62,009 nt of DNA, filler included, from Nitrospinae bacterium RIFCSPLOWO2_12_FULL_45_22 (GCA_001803565.1; 7 parts of 7 records of this genome joined end to end with filler, not necessarily neighbours in it), one strand, 5' to 3'. Positions 41,627 to 51,105 are shown, numbered from the whole stretch's first letter. Numbers and translations: made by a program. The notes: generated from the sequence alone by a model not told the origin.

Positions 41627-42670
41627 TTAAGTTCCAGGAGAGCAATGAACTTTGCCCGGTTCCCCCTCGCTACCTTCTATCTTGAACTCTACGGGCAGAA
41701 AATGTTTTACTACCCAGATAGTTGTCAGTAGATGCTGGCTGATGCGGCAGGTAAAGAAGCTAGAATGGCCCTGGGCTACGGCCATAGGCAGGATGAGCTG
41801 ATCAGCCAGATGTTCGTCTATAGCTGCGCCAGTATCGAGATAGTAGAGGAGCTGATCCACGGCCTCATCGGCTACTTTTTCTGCCCGCTTACCCCGTTCT
41901 CCTAAGGCCGAGAAGCCCGCTATTCCCTTCTCTAATTCTGGCATGAGGAAGATAAAGCTGCCTTGATCAAGGCTCTCGGGAGACATAATATCTATCTTTA
42001 CCGGGACTTTCAGGTGCTTGAGGCGTTCCTTAGCTTGTTGGGCTTGACGCTGTGCCACATGCTCGGGCAAATTTGAGGCGGCCGATATCCCTTTGATGCC
42101 CTTCAGTTTACCCCGCTCCATCCATGAGATAGGCCCTAGTTTACTAATAGGTTCTACCTGTAATATAGCCTCTCCTAAACCCTGAGGATACCAGCCCCAG
42201 CGATGTAATTCGAGGCTACCACGATAACCCATAAGAGAGAGGGCGGGGAGAAATACCTCTTTTAGGTAATGGAAAGGGGGGCTCCAGGCCACATGGGTCC
42301 CACCCCTCAGGGTCACTTTGGTAGGGATTTGAGCAAAGGCCAGTGGCAAAAAGATTGCCTGGAATAGTAGAGTAATTGATCCGGCACTCTTTCTCTCCTC
42401 GGCTATATCAAAGATATATTCGCCACCATCCAGGGTAGTAGGGACGAATTGCAGATAGGGAGATTCCATTCGATCACCCAGGAGTTGGGCCTCGGTAATA
42501 AGATATAGCGAGCGGACTGCGGCTAAGTGTTGCGGCCTTAGCCCTGCTTTACTCCTCCGGGCCCGGATATTATTAATCTCGACCGGCTTTTGCAGTAGAG
42601 AAGATAAAGCCAGGGCGGTGCGCAGAATCTGTCCCCCACCTTCTCCATAGCTGCCATCTATCTGGATCAT
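41627..42670 (-). CDS. rtcA: RNA 3'-terminal phosphate cyclase
   Basis: IDGSYGEGGGQILRTAL, GLRPQHL, GGTHV, DEHLADQL, HLLT. Confidence 0.96.
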   Translation of the reverse strand: MIQIDGSYGEGGGQILRTALALSSLLQKPVEINNIRARRSKAGLRPQHLAAVRSLYLITEAQLLGDRMESPYLQFVPTTLDGGEYIFDIAEERKSAGSITLLFQAIFLPLAFAQIPTKVTLRGGTHVAWSPPFHYLKEVFLPALSLMGYRGSLELHRWGWYPQGLGEAILQVEPISKLGPISWMERGKLKGIKGISAASNLPEHVAQRQAQQAKERLKHLKVPVKIDIMSPESLDQGSFIFLMPELEKGIAGFSALGERGKRAEKVADEAVDQLLYYLDTGAAIDEHLADQLILPMAVAQGHSSFFTCRISQHLLTTIWVVKHFLPVEFKIEGSEGEPGKVHCSPGT

Positions 42671-43341
42671 TAGCTATCAGCGCTCGCTACTTTAGGCCAT
42701 CCTTCTTCACCTATTAGAGGGACAAATATGCAGCCTACTATTTCGCGCTGGATAGGCCGCCCTTTTGATATGATGACCTCGGTTAAGACCTGATTGAAGC
42801 GATCACCAATAGGTATTACCAGTCTCCCTCCCTCATCCAGTTGTTCTATTAGTTGAGGAGGGATTCTGGGGGCTCCGGCTGAAACCAATATAGCCTGAAA
42901 AGGGGCTTGTTCCGGATAGCCCACGGTCCCATTGGCAATGAGTACTTTTAAGTTGTTATACCCCAACTCTTCTAGTATCTTTTTAGCCCTTAGGGCTAAT
43001 GAAGGTAAACGCTCTATGGTATAAACCTGAGCTGCCAGCTTGCTCAGCACAGCCGCCTGATAGCCCGAACCAGCACCTACCTCTAAGACCTTCTCGTCAC
43101 CTTGCAGATTAAGGGACTGGGCCATAATAGCTACCATAAAAGGTTGCGAGATAGTCTGTCCTTCGCCGATAGGCAGGGGAGTATCTTGATAGGCCATGGA
43201 CTCATATTCTTTTAAGACGAATTTATGCCGGGGTACCTCTTCCATAACCTTCAGCACCCGTTCATCAGAGATACCCTTCCCCCGTAGTTGTACCCGGATC
43301 ATCTCCCGTCTCTCTTTCTCGTATCCATATTCGTCGCCCAT
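42670..43341 (-). CDS. pcm: Protein-L-isoaspartate O-methyltransferase
   Basis: VPRHKFV, GQTISQP, VLEVGAGSGYQAA, GGRLVIPIG, FVPLIG. Confidence 0.96.
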   Translation of the reverse strand: MGDEYGYEKERREMIRVQLRGKGISDERVLKVMEEVPRHKFVLKEYESMAYQDTPLPIGEGQTISQPFMVAIMAQSLNLQGDEKVLEVGAGSGYQAAVLSKLAAQVYTIERLPSLALRAKKILEELGYNNLKVLIANGTVGYPEQAPFQAILVSAGAPRIPPQLIEQLDEGGRLVIPIGDRFNQVLTEVIISKGRPIQREIVGCIFVPLIGEEGWPKVASADS

Positions 43342-43345
43342 TATA

Positions 43346-44797
43346 TCATCCCTTGATAACGGCTATAGGATAGATTTTTGCCACCTTACGGCTAATACCG
43401 GCATTATGGGCTATATCTACCACCTGGGTAACATCTTTGTATGCCTCAGGTATCTCTTCTACCAGGGTATCTTTACTGGCTGCCCTTACCAGTATACCTT
43501 GATCAGCTAATTCGCGCACTATAGCGCGGCCTTTAGCGGCCTTTTTTGCCTGGTGGCGGCTGAGGAGGCGGCCCGCACCATGGCAGGTACTACCAAAGGT
43601 CTCTTCCATAGCCCTCTGGGTACCGACCAATACATACGAACAAGTACCCATATCGCCTGGAATTAATACTGGCTGACCAATAGCACGGTAGTCTTCGGGT
43701 ATCTCCGGATGATCTGGCGGGAAGGCCCTGGTAGCCCCTTTCCGATGTACCCAGAGCCGTTTCTTTTTACCTTGAATATCATAAGTCTCTAGCTTGGCGA
43801 TATTATGACAAACATCATAGACCAGCTCGAGGCCCAAATCTCTTGGCCCACGCCTTAGGACTTCTTCAAAGCTCTGACGTACCCAGTGGGTGATAATCTG
43901 GCGATTAGCAAAGGCATAGTTGGCGGCACAGGCCATAGCGGCTAAATAGTCCTTTCCTTCGGGTGATTTAGCCGGGGCACAGCACAGTTGTCGGTCCGGC
44001 AGCTCTATCCCATATTTATGGGAAGCGTCCAACATCACCTTGATAAAATCATCGCATATCTGATACCCTAGACCGCGGGAGCCCGTATGGATCATAACGG
44101 TAATCTTGCCTGGGGCAAGGTTCATGCTATCGGCTGCTCGTTGGTCATAGACCTCTGCGACATAGCCTATCTCCACAAAATGATTACCCGATCCCAGGGT
44201 GCCCAGTTGAGTCCGCCCTCTTTCTAATGCCTTTTGTGAGGCTATATCCGGGTATGCCCCCGGGATAGTACCTTGATTTTCTATATGCTCTAAATCGCGT
44301 TGCGTACCAAAGCCCTGGCTTACAGCCCATAAAGCCCCTTTTTCTAAAACTCTTCGTTCATCTGCCGGGCCCAGCTTAAGGTCTTTACGCCTGGAGCCTA
44401 CCCCGGATGGAATATTGACAAACAAGCTATCCAATAACTGCTGAAGCTTATCCTGGATATCTAACCGGGTAAGATGGGAGGAAAGGAGCCGCACCCCACA
44501 ATTAATATCGTATCCTACACCACCAGGCGATATGATCCCCTCCTCTTCATCAAAAGCAGCTACCCCACCGATAGGGAAACCGTAGCCCGAATGGATATCG
44601 GGCATAGCCAGCGAGCGAGAGATGATCCCGGGCAGATGGGCTACATTAGCCACTTGCTGCAAGCTATCCTCTTGCCTGATTTTATCCAACATCTCTTCTG
44701 CTACATATATCAAACCATCGGTCCTCATCTTTCCTTCTCGGGGGATAAGCCAGCGATAGTCATCCAATTTTTGTAATTTTAAGTCTCGTCTTTCCAC
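43346..44797 (-). CDS. rtcB: RNA ligase RtcB (archaeal/eukaryote-like, archease-associated clade)
   Basis: MPDIHSGYGFPIGGV, GYDINCGVR, LGSGNHF, HTGSRG, HRKGATR, STCHGAGR. Likely start GTG 44797 (track start 44824). Confidence 0.96.
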   Translation of the reverse strand: MERRDLKLQKLDDYRWLIPREGKMRTDGLIYVAEEMLDKIRQEDSLQQVANVAHLPGIISRSLAMPDIHSGYGFPIGGVAAFDEEEGIISPGGVGYDINCGVRLLSSHLTRLDIQDKLQQLLDSLFVNIPSGVGSRRKDLKLGPADERRVLEKGALWAVSQGFGTQRDLEHIENQGTIPGAYPDIASQKALERGRTQLGTLGSGNHFVEIGYVAEVYDQRAADSMNLAPGKITVMIHTGSRGLGYQICDDFIKVMLDASHKYGIELPDRQLCCAPAKSPEGKDYLAAMACAANYAFANRQIITHWVRQSFEEVLRRGPRDLGLELVYDVCHNIAKLETYDIQGKKKRLWVHRKGATRAFPPDHPEIPEDYRAIGQPVLIPGDMGTCSYVLVGTQRAMEETFGSTCHGAGRLLSRHQAKKAAKGRAIVRELADQGILVRAASKDTLVEEIPEAYKDVTQVVDIAHNAGISRKVAKIYPIAVIKG

Positions 44798-44813
44798 GAC
44801 ATTACACCTCTTT

Positions 44814-45260
44814 CTACAGGTCAAAAATTATGCGGGCTTGCCAGCCCTTTTCTCCTTCCGCCACTTTCATCTGGTGATAAGTAGCGGCTTTTATGATGGT
44901 ATTAATAATGTGCCTCTCCTGGTCAAATGGCTCACCATGGCCCAGGGCCTTTAATCCATTATTACTTAACTCAAGCATCCTCAGCTCATGAAACAACAAA
45001 CCCCTGGTATCAAAGAGATAAAGGAGTTCTCCTAGCCAATTAACCATCAACTGCTCTAAGTCCTGGCCTTCTACCAGGATCTCTTTTTCCTCCCGGGTTT
45101 GTACCCGCGATAGGTCAGTGATTATATCAAAAAAGGCCAGGCCCGCATGACAGAAGAGCTGCGCCAGATCATTACCCCAGACAATAATCCCTAAATCACC
45201 AGTATGATCCACCAGTTGATAATAATCTTTTATATTGACAACCAAAGGCATCCGCTCCAT
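44814..45260 (-). CDS. Archease
   Basis: YQLVDHTGDLGI...IKAATYH...ARIIFDL; adjacent to rtcB. Confidence 0.93.
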   Translation of the reverse strand: MERMPLVVNIKDYYQLVDHTGDLGIIVWGNDLAQLFCHAGLAFFDIITDLSRVQTREEKEILVEGQDLEQLMVNWLGELLYLFDTRGLLFHELRMLELSNNGLKALGHGEPFDQERHIINTIIKAATYHQMKVAEGEKGWQARIIFDL

Positions 45261-45272
45261 GCAAGAATTCCA

Positions 45273-45704
45273 AACAGGGATATACAGGATGAACAGGATT
45301 TTTTATCCATGTAGTCTCCTATATTCAAGCTTAGGATTCCCAAAGTTGATCAACAAACCGACTTCTAATCCTGTAGCCTTGAGATAATTGATCAGTTGAG
45401 CCTTGTACTCCGGAGCAAGCTTTGTTACCGCTTTAAGCTCCAATATGACAATATCTTCCACCAATATATCGGCAGAAAACTCTCCCACCGGTATCCCTCG
45501 AAACTTTACGGTTAGAGGAACCTGGGATTGTGCCTTCAAACCTTTGTCTCTCAAAGCAATAAGCAGGGCCTTTTCATACACAGATTCCAGAAAACCAGCC
45601 CCCAGTTCATTGCTGACCTCAAAGCAGGCTTCCAGAACCTTTGCAGTTAATGCTTCATGCAACATCGCTCTGTCCCTATCCTGTCTATCCTGCTTATCCC
45701 TGTT
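45273..45704. mobile_element. GxxExxY cassette bounded by 27-bp inverted repeats of 9-nt periodicity
   Basis: AACAGGGATATACAGGATGAACAGGAT (45273-45299) versus the reverse complement of 45678-45704, AACAGGGATAAGCAGGATAGACAGGAT: 23/27 identical. Mobility is inferred. Confidence 0.6.
45303..45665 (-). CDS. GxxExxY protein (PD-(D/E)xK nuclease superfamily)
   Basis: GAGFLESVY, ADILVE, ILELKAV, AQLINYLKATG, GLLINFG. Start at ATG 45665; the track's N-terminal extension is translated repeat (DKQDRQDRDR). Confidence 0.93.
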   Translation of the reverse strand: MLHEALTAKVLEACFEVSNELGAGFLESVYEKALLIALRDKGLKAQSQVPLTVKFRGIPVGEFSADILVEDIVILELKAVTKLAPEYKAQLINYLKATGLEVGLLINFGNPKLEYRRLHG

Positions 45705-45715
45705 GATAGACTTCC

Positions 45716-46528
45716 CTATAGCGACCATAGGCCGGGGATAGCAGTATGGCAGGAGGGGCATTTACCCTCCTGCATAACATTTTCCTGGACCTGGAATCCC
45801 CAGCGGTCTATTAACTTTTTATGGCAATTATAGCAGTAAGTATCTTCGTTTTCATCCCCCGGTATATTACCACTGTATACGTACCTTAGTCCTATCCTGC
45901 GCCCTATCTCGCCAGCCCGATGGATACTTTCGACTGAAGTCCGAGGACGATCGGTCATCTTATAGGTCGGATAAAAAGCGCTTATATGCCAGGGTATATC
46001 AGGAGATACGCTCAGGATAAAACGGGCTAGCTCTTCTAACTCGCTCTCAGAATCGTTATGGCCCGGAATTAATAGCGTCGTGACCTCCACCCATATGCCC
46101 AGTTCGTGCATCAGCCGGATAGTATCCAGCACAGGCTGGAGTCGGGCACCGCATACCTGGCGATATCTTTGGTCATCAAACCCCTTAAGGTCTACATTAG
46201 CCGCATCCAGATAAGGATTAATCAGTTGTAATGCCTCCGCAGTCATGTAGCCATTAGTGACAAAGTTGTTTCTCAGGCCTTTGCTATGGGCCAGCCTGGC
46301 GGTATCCAGGGCCAGTTCAAAAAAGATAGTCGGTTCAGTATAGGTATAAGATATATTGGTACAACGATACCGGGTGGCCGTATTAACGATCTCATCCGGG
46401 GAAAGTTTCTGGCCATTGATACGGCCCTGCTCATCCCCCGGCATCTGTGAGATCTGATAATTCTGGCAGTTCCGGCAGCGGAAGTTACAACCCACAGTAG
46501 CGATAGATAAAGATAAGGTGCCGGGTAG
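45716..46528 (-). CDS. amrS: AmmeMemoRadiSam system radical SAM enzyme, 5' truncated
   Basis: SIATVGCNFRCRNCQNYQISQ, YTYTEPT, ANVDLKGF, PWHISAFYP, YVYSGN, C-terminal CYNC/CPSC. Confidence 0.9.
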   Translation of the reverse strand, partial: LPGTLSLSIATVGCNFRCRNCQNYQISQMPGDEQGRINGQKLSPDEIVNTATRYRCTNISYTYTEPTIFFELALDTARLAHSKGLRNNFVTNGYMTAEALQLINPYLDAANVDLKGFDDQRYRQVCGARLQPVLDTIRLMHELGIWVEVTTLLIPGHNDSESELEELARFILSVSPDIPWHISAFYPTYKMTDRPRTSVESIHRAGEIGRRIGLRYVYSGNIPGDENEDTYCYNCHKKLIDRWGFQVQENVMQEGKCPSCHTAIPGLWSL

Positions 46529-46628
46529 NNNNNNNNNNNNNNNNNNNNNNNNNNNNNNNNNNNNNNNNNNNNTTAATTAATTAANNNNNNNNNNNNNNNN
46601 NNNNNNNNNNNNNNNNNNNNNNNNNNNN
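46529..46628. other. Artificial contig linker
   Basis: N-run + TTAATTAATTAA + N-run. Confidence 0.98.
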
Positions 46629-46629
46629 T

Positions 46630-47073
46630 GGAGGCCAGGGCTACTTAAAGGTTGATCCCAACTTTACCATTATCTTCACCAGTAATCCCGAAGAGTATGC
46701 CGGGGTATTCCGTAGTCAGGATGCCCTACGGGACCGAATGGTAACTTTAGATCTGGACCACTTTGACAAAGAGACAGAGTTAGCCATTACCCAGGCAAAG
46801 TCCGGGATATCCGGCCCGGAGGCAGAAAAGATCGTCGCTATTGTGCGGACGTTGAGAGAATCAGGAGAGTATGAATTTGCCCCCACTATCCGGGCCTGCA
46901 TAATGATAGCCAAGACATTAAAGGTCAGGAACGGGTCGGTTGACTCCGGCAATAAGATTTTAAGGGAGACCTGCCTGGATGTCCTGGCCTCAGAGGCCAG
47001 CCGAATGGGCAACAAGGCCAGCCGGGCAAAGATTGAATTGGTAATAAACAAACTGATTAAAAAATACTGTTAG
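46630..47073 (+). CDS. gvpN: Gas vesicle AAA+ ATPase GvpN, 5' truncated
   Basis: Extending the track ORF to the contig start gives YLKVDPNFTIIFTSNPEEYAGVFRSQDALRDRM, the GvpN signature; PTIRACIMIAK. Confidence 0.9.
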   Translation, partial: GGQGYLKVDPNFTIIFTSNPEEYAGVFRSQDALRDRMVTLDLDHFDKETELAITQAKSGISGPEAEKIVAIVRTLRESGEYEFAPTIRACIMIAKTLKVRNGSVDSGNKILRETCLDVLASEASRMGNKASRAKIELVINKLIKKYC

Positions 47074-47090
47074 GAAGAGGGGTTATCTTA

Positions 47091-47261
47091 ATGGCATTAA
47101 TGCGGGTTTTTTCCAAGGTGGATGCAGACGGTCGAATTATCATTCCCCGTAATGTTAGATGGGAAATAGGTATAGAGAAGGGACAGTTAGTCGAGATAAA
47201 GGTCTCCGGTACTAATAAAGCCCAGTACATAGTTATCCACAAGCGCAAGCAAGCAAGATAA
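47091..47261 (+). CDS. AbrB/MazE/SpoVT-type DNA-binding protein (56 aa, not in ORF track)
   Basis: GAGGGG RBS; MALMRVFSKVDADGRIIIPRNVRWEIGIEKGQLVEIKV..., a swapped-hairpin motif. Confidence 0.85.
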   Translation: MALMRVFSKVDADGRIIIPRNVRWEIGIEKGQLVEIKVSGTNKAQYIVIHKRKQAR

Positions 47262-47265
47262 ATAA

Positions 47266-47340
47266 TTAGGGCATTAGGTTATTGGGTCATTGGGTTATTT
47301 GTTGTGCTGATGGCCTAATGACCTGGTAACGCAATTACCT
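47266..47340. repeat. Palindromic element of 8-nt periodic units (same family as 12377-12452)
   Basis: GCATTAGG TTATTGGG TCATTGGG ... TGATGGCC TAATGACC TGGTAACG CAATTACC. Confidence 0.7.
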
Positions 47341-47361
47341 TTGGAGGAAGGGTTAAAACCT

Positions 47362-47676
47362 ATGAGTCAAAAAATAGCCGGTCTACTTGATATAAAAACC
47401 AGTCAAAAGGCAAAGATTCCGTCAAAGTCCAGGGGTGGGGGACAGGAATACCTTGACCTATACCTGACGATTAAAGAAAAGGAGCGGTTAAAAAACTATA
47501 ATTCTGTAATAGGTAACTGCGTGAACCAGACCCAGGCTAAGTTACAAGAATTAGACCGCAAGCTAGAGAATCTGGAAGAATCTCTACTAAAAAAAAATGA
47601 ACACGCCATCAGCCAGGGAATGGCGAAAAAAGCGATAGCGAAAAAACCGGTGAAAACAATGGTTTTGGATTACTAA
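47362..47676 (+). CDS. Coiled-coil gas vesicle accessory protein, GvpV-like
   Basis: Follows gvp[10 protein letters not shown]...[14 protein letters not shown]...MVLDY resembles Serratia GvpV as I recall it. Start at ATG 47362 after GGAGG. Confidence 0.55.
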   Translation: MSQKIAGLLDIKTSQKAKIPSKSRGGGQEYLDLYLTIKEKERLKNYNSVIGNCVNQTQAKLQELDRKLENLEESLLKKNEHAISQGMAKKAIAKKPVKTMVLDY

Positions 47677-47689
47677 GAGGGGGGTAAAC

Positions 47690-49828
47690 TTGTCAGAGGA
47701 GATCGTTCTTAGGGTCTCAGAGGCAAAGAGCCGGGATGTGGGTCGAGGAATAGCCAGGATAGACCCAGCGGATATGGAAATAATTGGCGCCTCAATAGGA
47801 GACATAATCGAGATCAAGGGCAAACGGGGAACCGTAGCCAAACTTATGCCCGCATATCCCGAAGATCGAGGAAAGGATATTATCCAGATGGATGGCCTGA
47901 TCCGGGAAAATGCCCAGATTAGTCTGGATGAGAAGGTATCTATCAGGCTAACGACTTCTAACCCGGCTGAAAGGATAGTCTTGTCTCCTCTGACAGTGAT
48001 GAGGACTATCCGGGGTGAGAGGGATATAAAATATATTGGCCGGCTATTAGAAGGAATGCCTTTAGCGGCAGGAGATCGGATAAGGGCTACCCTGTTTGGG
48101 GCCCGGGGTCAGGATTTTACTGTCATCTCCACTGTGCCTAAAGGCCCAGTATTAATATCTTCCCACACTAATATAAGCATAAAAGAAGAGGAGACATCAA
48201 AGGAGGGGGGACTCAAGATATCCTATGAAGATATTGGGGGATTGAGTAAAGAGATCCAGAGGATCCGGGAGATGATCGAGCTCCCCCTGAAATATCCCCA
48301 GGTCTTTGAGCGGCTGGGTATTGAGCCGCCCAAAGGGGTATTACTCCACGGCCCCCCTGGATGCGGTAAGACTCTTATTGCCCGGGCGGTGGCTAATGAG
48401 ACCGAGGCCTATTTCACCCAATTGAGTGGCCCGGAAATCATGCATAAGTTTTATGGCGAGAGTGAGGCCCATCTGCGGGGAATATTTGAAGAGGCCAGCC
48501 GCCATGCCCCAGCCATTGTCTTTCTGGATGAGATAGACGCTATTGCTCCCAAACGGGAAGAGATGGGTGGGGAGCGTCAACTGGAACGGCGGGTGGTGGC
48601 CCAGCTCCTGGCCCTGATGGATGGAATGAACTCCCGCGGCCAGGTCATCGTCATTGGGGCTACCAATATCCCGGATGTATTGGACCCGGCCTTAAGGCGC
48701 CCGGGCCGATTTGATCGGGAGATTGCTATCAGTGTCCCTGATAAAAATGGGAGGATGGAGATCCTCCAGATTCATACCCGGGGGATGCCCCTCTCTGAGG
48801 AAGTAGACCTGGAAAAGTTAGCGGAGATTACCCATGGATTTGTGGGGGCAGACCTGGAGGCCCTATGCCGAGAAGCCGCTATGGTAGCCTTACGAAAGAT
48901 TATGCCTAAAATTGAGTTCGATACCGACTATATTCCTTACGAAACGCTGATGGAGCTTCAGGTCACCATGGATAATTTTCTGGAGGCCCTTAAGGATGTT
49001 GAGCCCTCGGCCATAAGAGAGGTATTTACTGAAATCCCTGACGTGAAATGGGATGAGGTAGGGGGTCTGGTCGATATAAAGAGGCTCTTGAAAGAGACCA
49101 TTGAGTGGCCGCTCAAATATGCCAAATTATTTGAGTACGCAAGCACCAAACCACCCAAGGGATTATTGTTATATGGCCCGCCTGGTACGGGAAAGACCTT
49201 GCTGGCCAAGGCCGTAGCCAGTGAAAGCGAGGTAAATTTTATCTCTATAAAAGGGCCAGCTCTGATGTCCAAGTATGTGGGAGAGAGCGAGAGGGGAGTC
49301 AGGGAGGTATTCAAAAAGGCCAGGCAGGCATCACCCTGCATTGTATTTTTTGATGAGATAGATGCCCTGGCCCCTATTAGGGGGAGGGGAGACTCTCAAG
49401 CAACCGAACGCGTAATCTCCCAACTCCTTACTGAGCTGGACGGGATAGAGGAGCTTAAGGGAGTGGTCATCCTGGCTGCTACTAACAGGCTGGATATTGT
49501 TGACCCGGCTTTATTACGTCCCGGGAGGTTCGATTTTCTCCTGGAGCTGCCTATCCCTGATGAATCTAGCAGATTAGAGATATTTAAGGTTCATACCAGG
49601 TGGAAGCCTCTGTCCGAGGACGTTGATCTGGGGGGCCTGTCCAGGGAGGAAACATCGGGTTTAGTAGGTGCGGATATAGAGTCTATTTGCCGGAAAGCTG
49701 CTATGTCAGCCATAAGGGAGTTTATAGAAAGTAAAACGGATAAAGATATCCAGGATTGCTCTCACTTCAAAATATCAAATAAGCACTTTAAGGAGGCCCT
49801 AAAAGAGCATACTAAATCTATAGCATAG
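47690..49828 (+). CDS. CDC48/VCP/p97-family double AAA+ ATPase
   Basis: N-domain ([20 protein letters not shown]); D1 [13 protein letters not shown]2 [21 protein letters not shown] and [16 protein letters not shown] linker. Confidence 0.96.
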   Translation: MSEEIVLRVSEAKSRDVGRGIARIDPADMEIIGASIGDIIEIKGKRGTVAKLMPAYPEDRGKDIIQMDGLIRENAQISLDEKVSIRLTTSNPAERIVLSPLTVMRTIRGERDIKYIGRLLEGMPLAAGDRIRATLFGARGQDFTVISTVPKGPVLISSHTNISIKEEETSKEGGLKISYEDIGGLSKEIQRIREMIELPLKYPQVFERLGIEPPKGVLLHGPPGCGKTLIARAVANETEAYFTQLSGPEIMHKFYGESEAHLRGIFEEASRHAPAIVFLDEIDAIAPKREEMGGERQLERRVVAQLLALMDGMNSRGQVIVIGATNIPDVLDPALRRPGRFDREIAISVPDKNGRMEILQIHTRGMPLSEEVDLEKLAEITHGFVGADLEALCREAAMVALRKIMPKIEFDTDYIPYETLMELQVTMDNFLEALKDVEPSAIREVFTEIPDVKWDEVGGLVDIKRLLKETIEWPLKYAKLFEYASTKPPKGLLLYGPPGTGKTLLAKAVASESEVNFISIKGPALMSKYVGESERGVREVFKKARQASPCIVFFDEIDALAPIRGRGDSQATERVISQLLTELDGIEELKGVVILAATNRLDIVDPALLRPGRFDFLLELPIPDESSRLEIFKVHTRWKPLSEDVDLGGLSREETSGLVGADIESICRKAAMSAIREFIESKTDKDIQDCSHFKISNKHFKEALKEHTKSIA

Positions 49829-49841
49829 GAATTTCCATCTT

Positions 49842-50004
49842 GGACACAGATGAACACAGATTTCAATGCAAAATGCAAAATTAGCAATTAGCATTTCAAA
49901 ATCAATTCCTTCTTGTTAATTGCTAATTTTTAATTGTTAATTTTGCAATGAAGGCCAAAAGTGTCCCGTGTTTCATCTGTGTGAATCTGTGAAAATCTGT
50001 GTCC
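49842..50004. repeat. Nested palindromic element: 9-nt periodic outer arms, 7-nt periodic inner arms
   Basis: Outer GGACACAGATGAACACAGATTT / ATCTGTGTGAATCTGTGAAAATCTGTGTCC; inner CAAAATTAGCAATTAGCA / TGTTAATTGCTAATTTTT. Confidence 0.8.
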
Positions 50005-50028
50005 TAATTAATTTAGGGAGGTAGAGGG

Positions 50029-51096
50029 ATGAAATATGGGCGCTATATCTATGGGGTAATCAATACCAATGAAAAGATAGACTTTGGCGTGAGGGGGATT
50101 GGTGAGCATAAAGCCGAAGTCTATACCATTACCCATAATGATATTGCTGCGGTCGTTAGCCCTTTTCCCACTGTTCCCTTTAATTCTTTACCCAAAGAGA
50201 CGATCCTCCTTTATCTAGCTATATACCAGTCAGTCATTGAGGAAGTGATGAAAAGCTATTATATCATCCCATTAAAATTTGGGACTGTGGCCGTAGATGA
50301 AGAGGAGGCAAGGGACATATTGGAGCAGGGCTATCCCTGCTTTAAAACGGCCCTCCATACTATGGCAGGCAAAATAGAACTGGATGTTGTGGCCTTATGG
50401 AGCCAGTTGAATGAGATCTTACAAGAAATTGGCAGGAAGGAAGAAATCAAGAGGGTTAAAGAGGAGAGAGCGGCCAACCCCTTTCATCAGGCCTATGAAG
50501 ACATGATAAAGGTGGGTCAGATGGTTAAAGCAGCCCTAGACGAACAACGCAGCCGGACCAATCTGGAAATAGTAACGGCCTTAAAGGAGTGTGCTACTGA
50601 CTTTCGCAGTCACGACCTCCTGGATGATTCTATGATAATGAATGCTGCCTTCCTGCTAGATACAGATAAAGAGAGGGTATTTGAGCAGGAGGTTCACGAG
50701 TTAAACGCAAGATATGCCGAGCGAATAAACTTTAGGGTAGTAGGGCCCCTGCCGCCTTATAGCTTCAGTACCCTGGAAATAAAAAAGCTTGGATTTGAGG
50801 TCATAAATGAGGCCAGGAAGACCTTAGGGTTGGGGGAAGAGGCTACTCTCTCTGAAATAAAGAGGGCCTATCGGCAGTTGACCCAAAATTACCATCCAGA
50901 TAAACATCCGGGTAATTTAGAAGTCACTAAACAATTTGGACAGATTAATAAGGCCTACAAAATCCTGATGGATTGCGTTCAGAGTGACTACTGCTCATTT
51001 ATAAGGCCAGTGGGCAAAGAGGTCCTGCTAGTAGGACTCGTAGATCGTCCGGATATCAGCCCGGATCAACCAGTAAGCTCAAGCAGGACTATGTGA
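50029..51096 (+). CDS. GvpL/GvpF gas vesicle protein fused to a C-terminal DnaJ (J) domain
   Basis: GRYIYGVI, IIPLKFGT, MNAAFLL, VVGPLPPYSF (GvpL/F), then LGLGEEATLSEIKRAYRQLTQNYHPDKHPG...INKAYKIL (J domain with HPD). Confidence 0.9.
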   Translation: MKYGRYIYGVINTNEKIDFGVRGIGEHKAEVYTITHNDIAAVVSPFPTVPFNSLPKETILLYLAIYQSVIEEVMKSYYIIPLKFGTVAVDEEEARDILEQGYPCFKTALHTMAGKIELDVVALWSQLNEILQEIGRKEEIKRVKEERAANPFHQAYEDMIKVGQMVKAALDEQRSRTNLEIVTALKECATDFRSHDLLDDSMIMNAAFLLDTDKERVFEQEVHELNARYAERINFRVVGPLPPYSFSTLEIKKLGFEVINEARKTLGLGEEATLSEIKRAYRQLTQNYHPDKHPGNLEVTKQFGQINKAYKILMDCVQSDYCSFIRPVGKEVLLVGLVDRPDISPDQPVSSSRTM

Positions 51097-51105
51097 AAGG
51101 GTCTG

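Noticed and set aside
45666-45761. N-terminal extension of the GxxExxY ORF in the track
   Set aside because: It overlaps amrS and translates the inverted-repeat arm; the true start is 45665.
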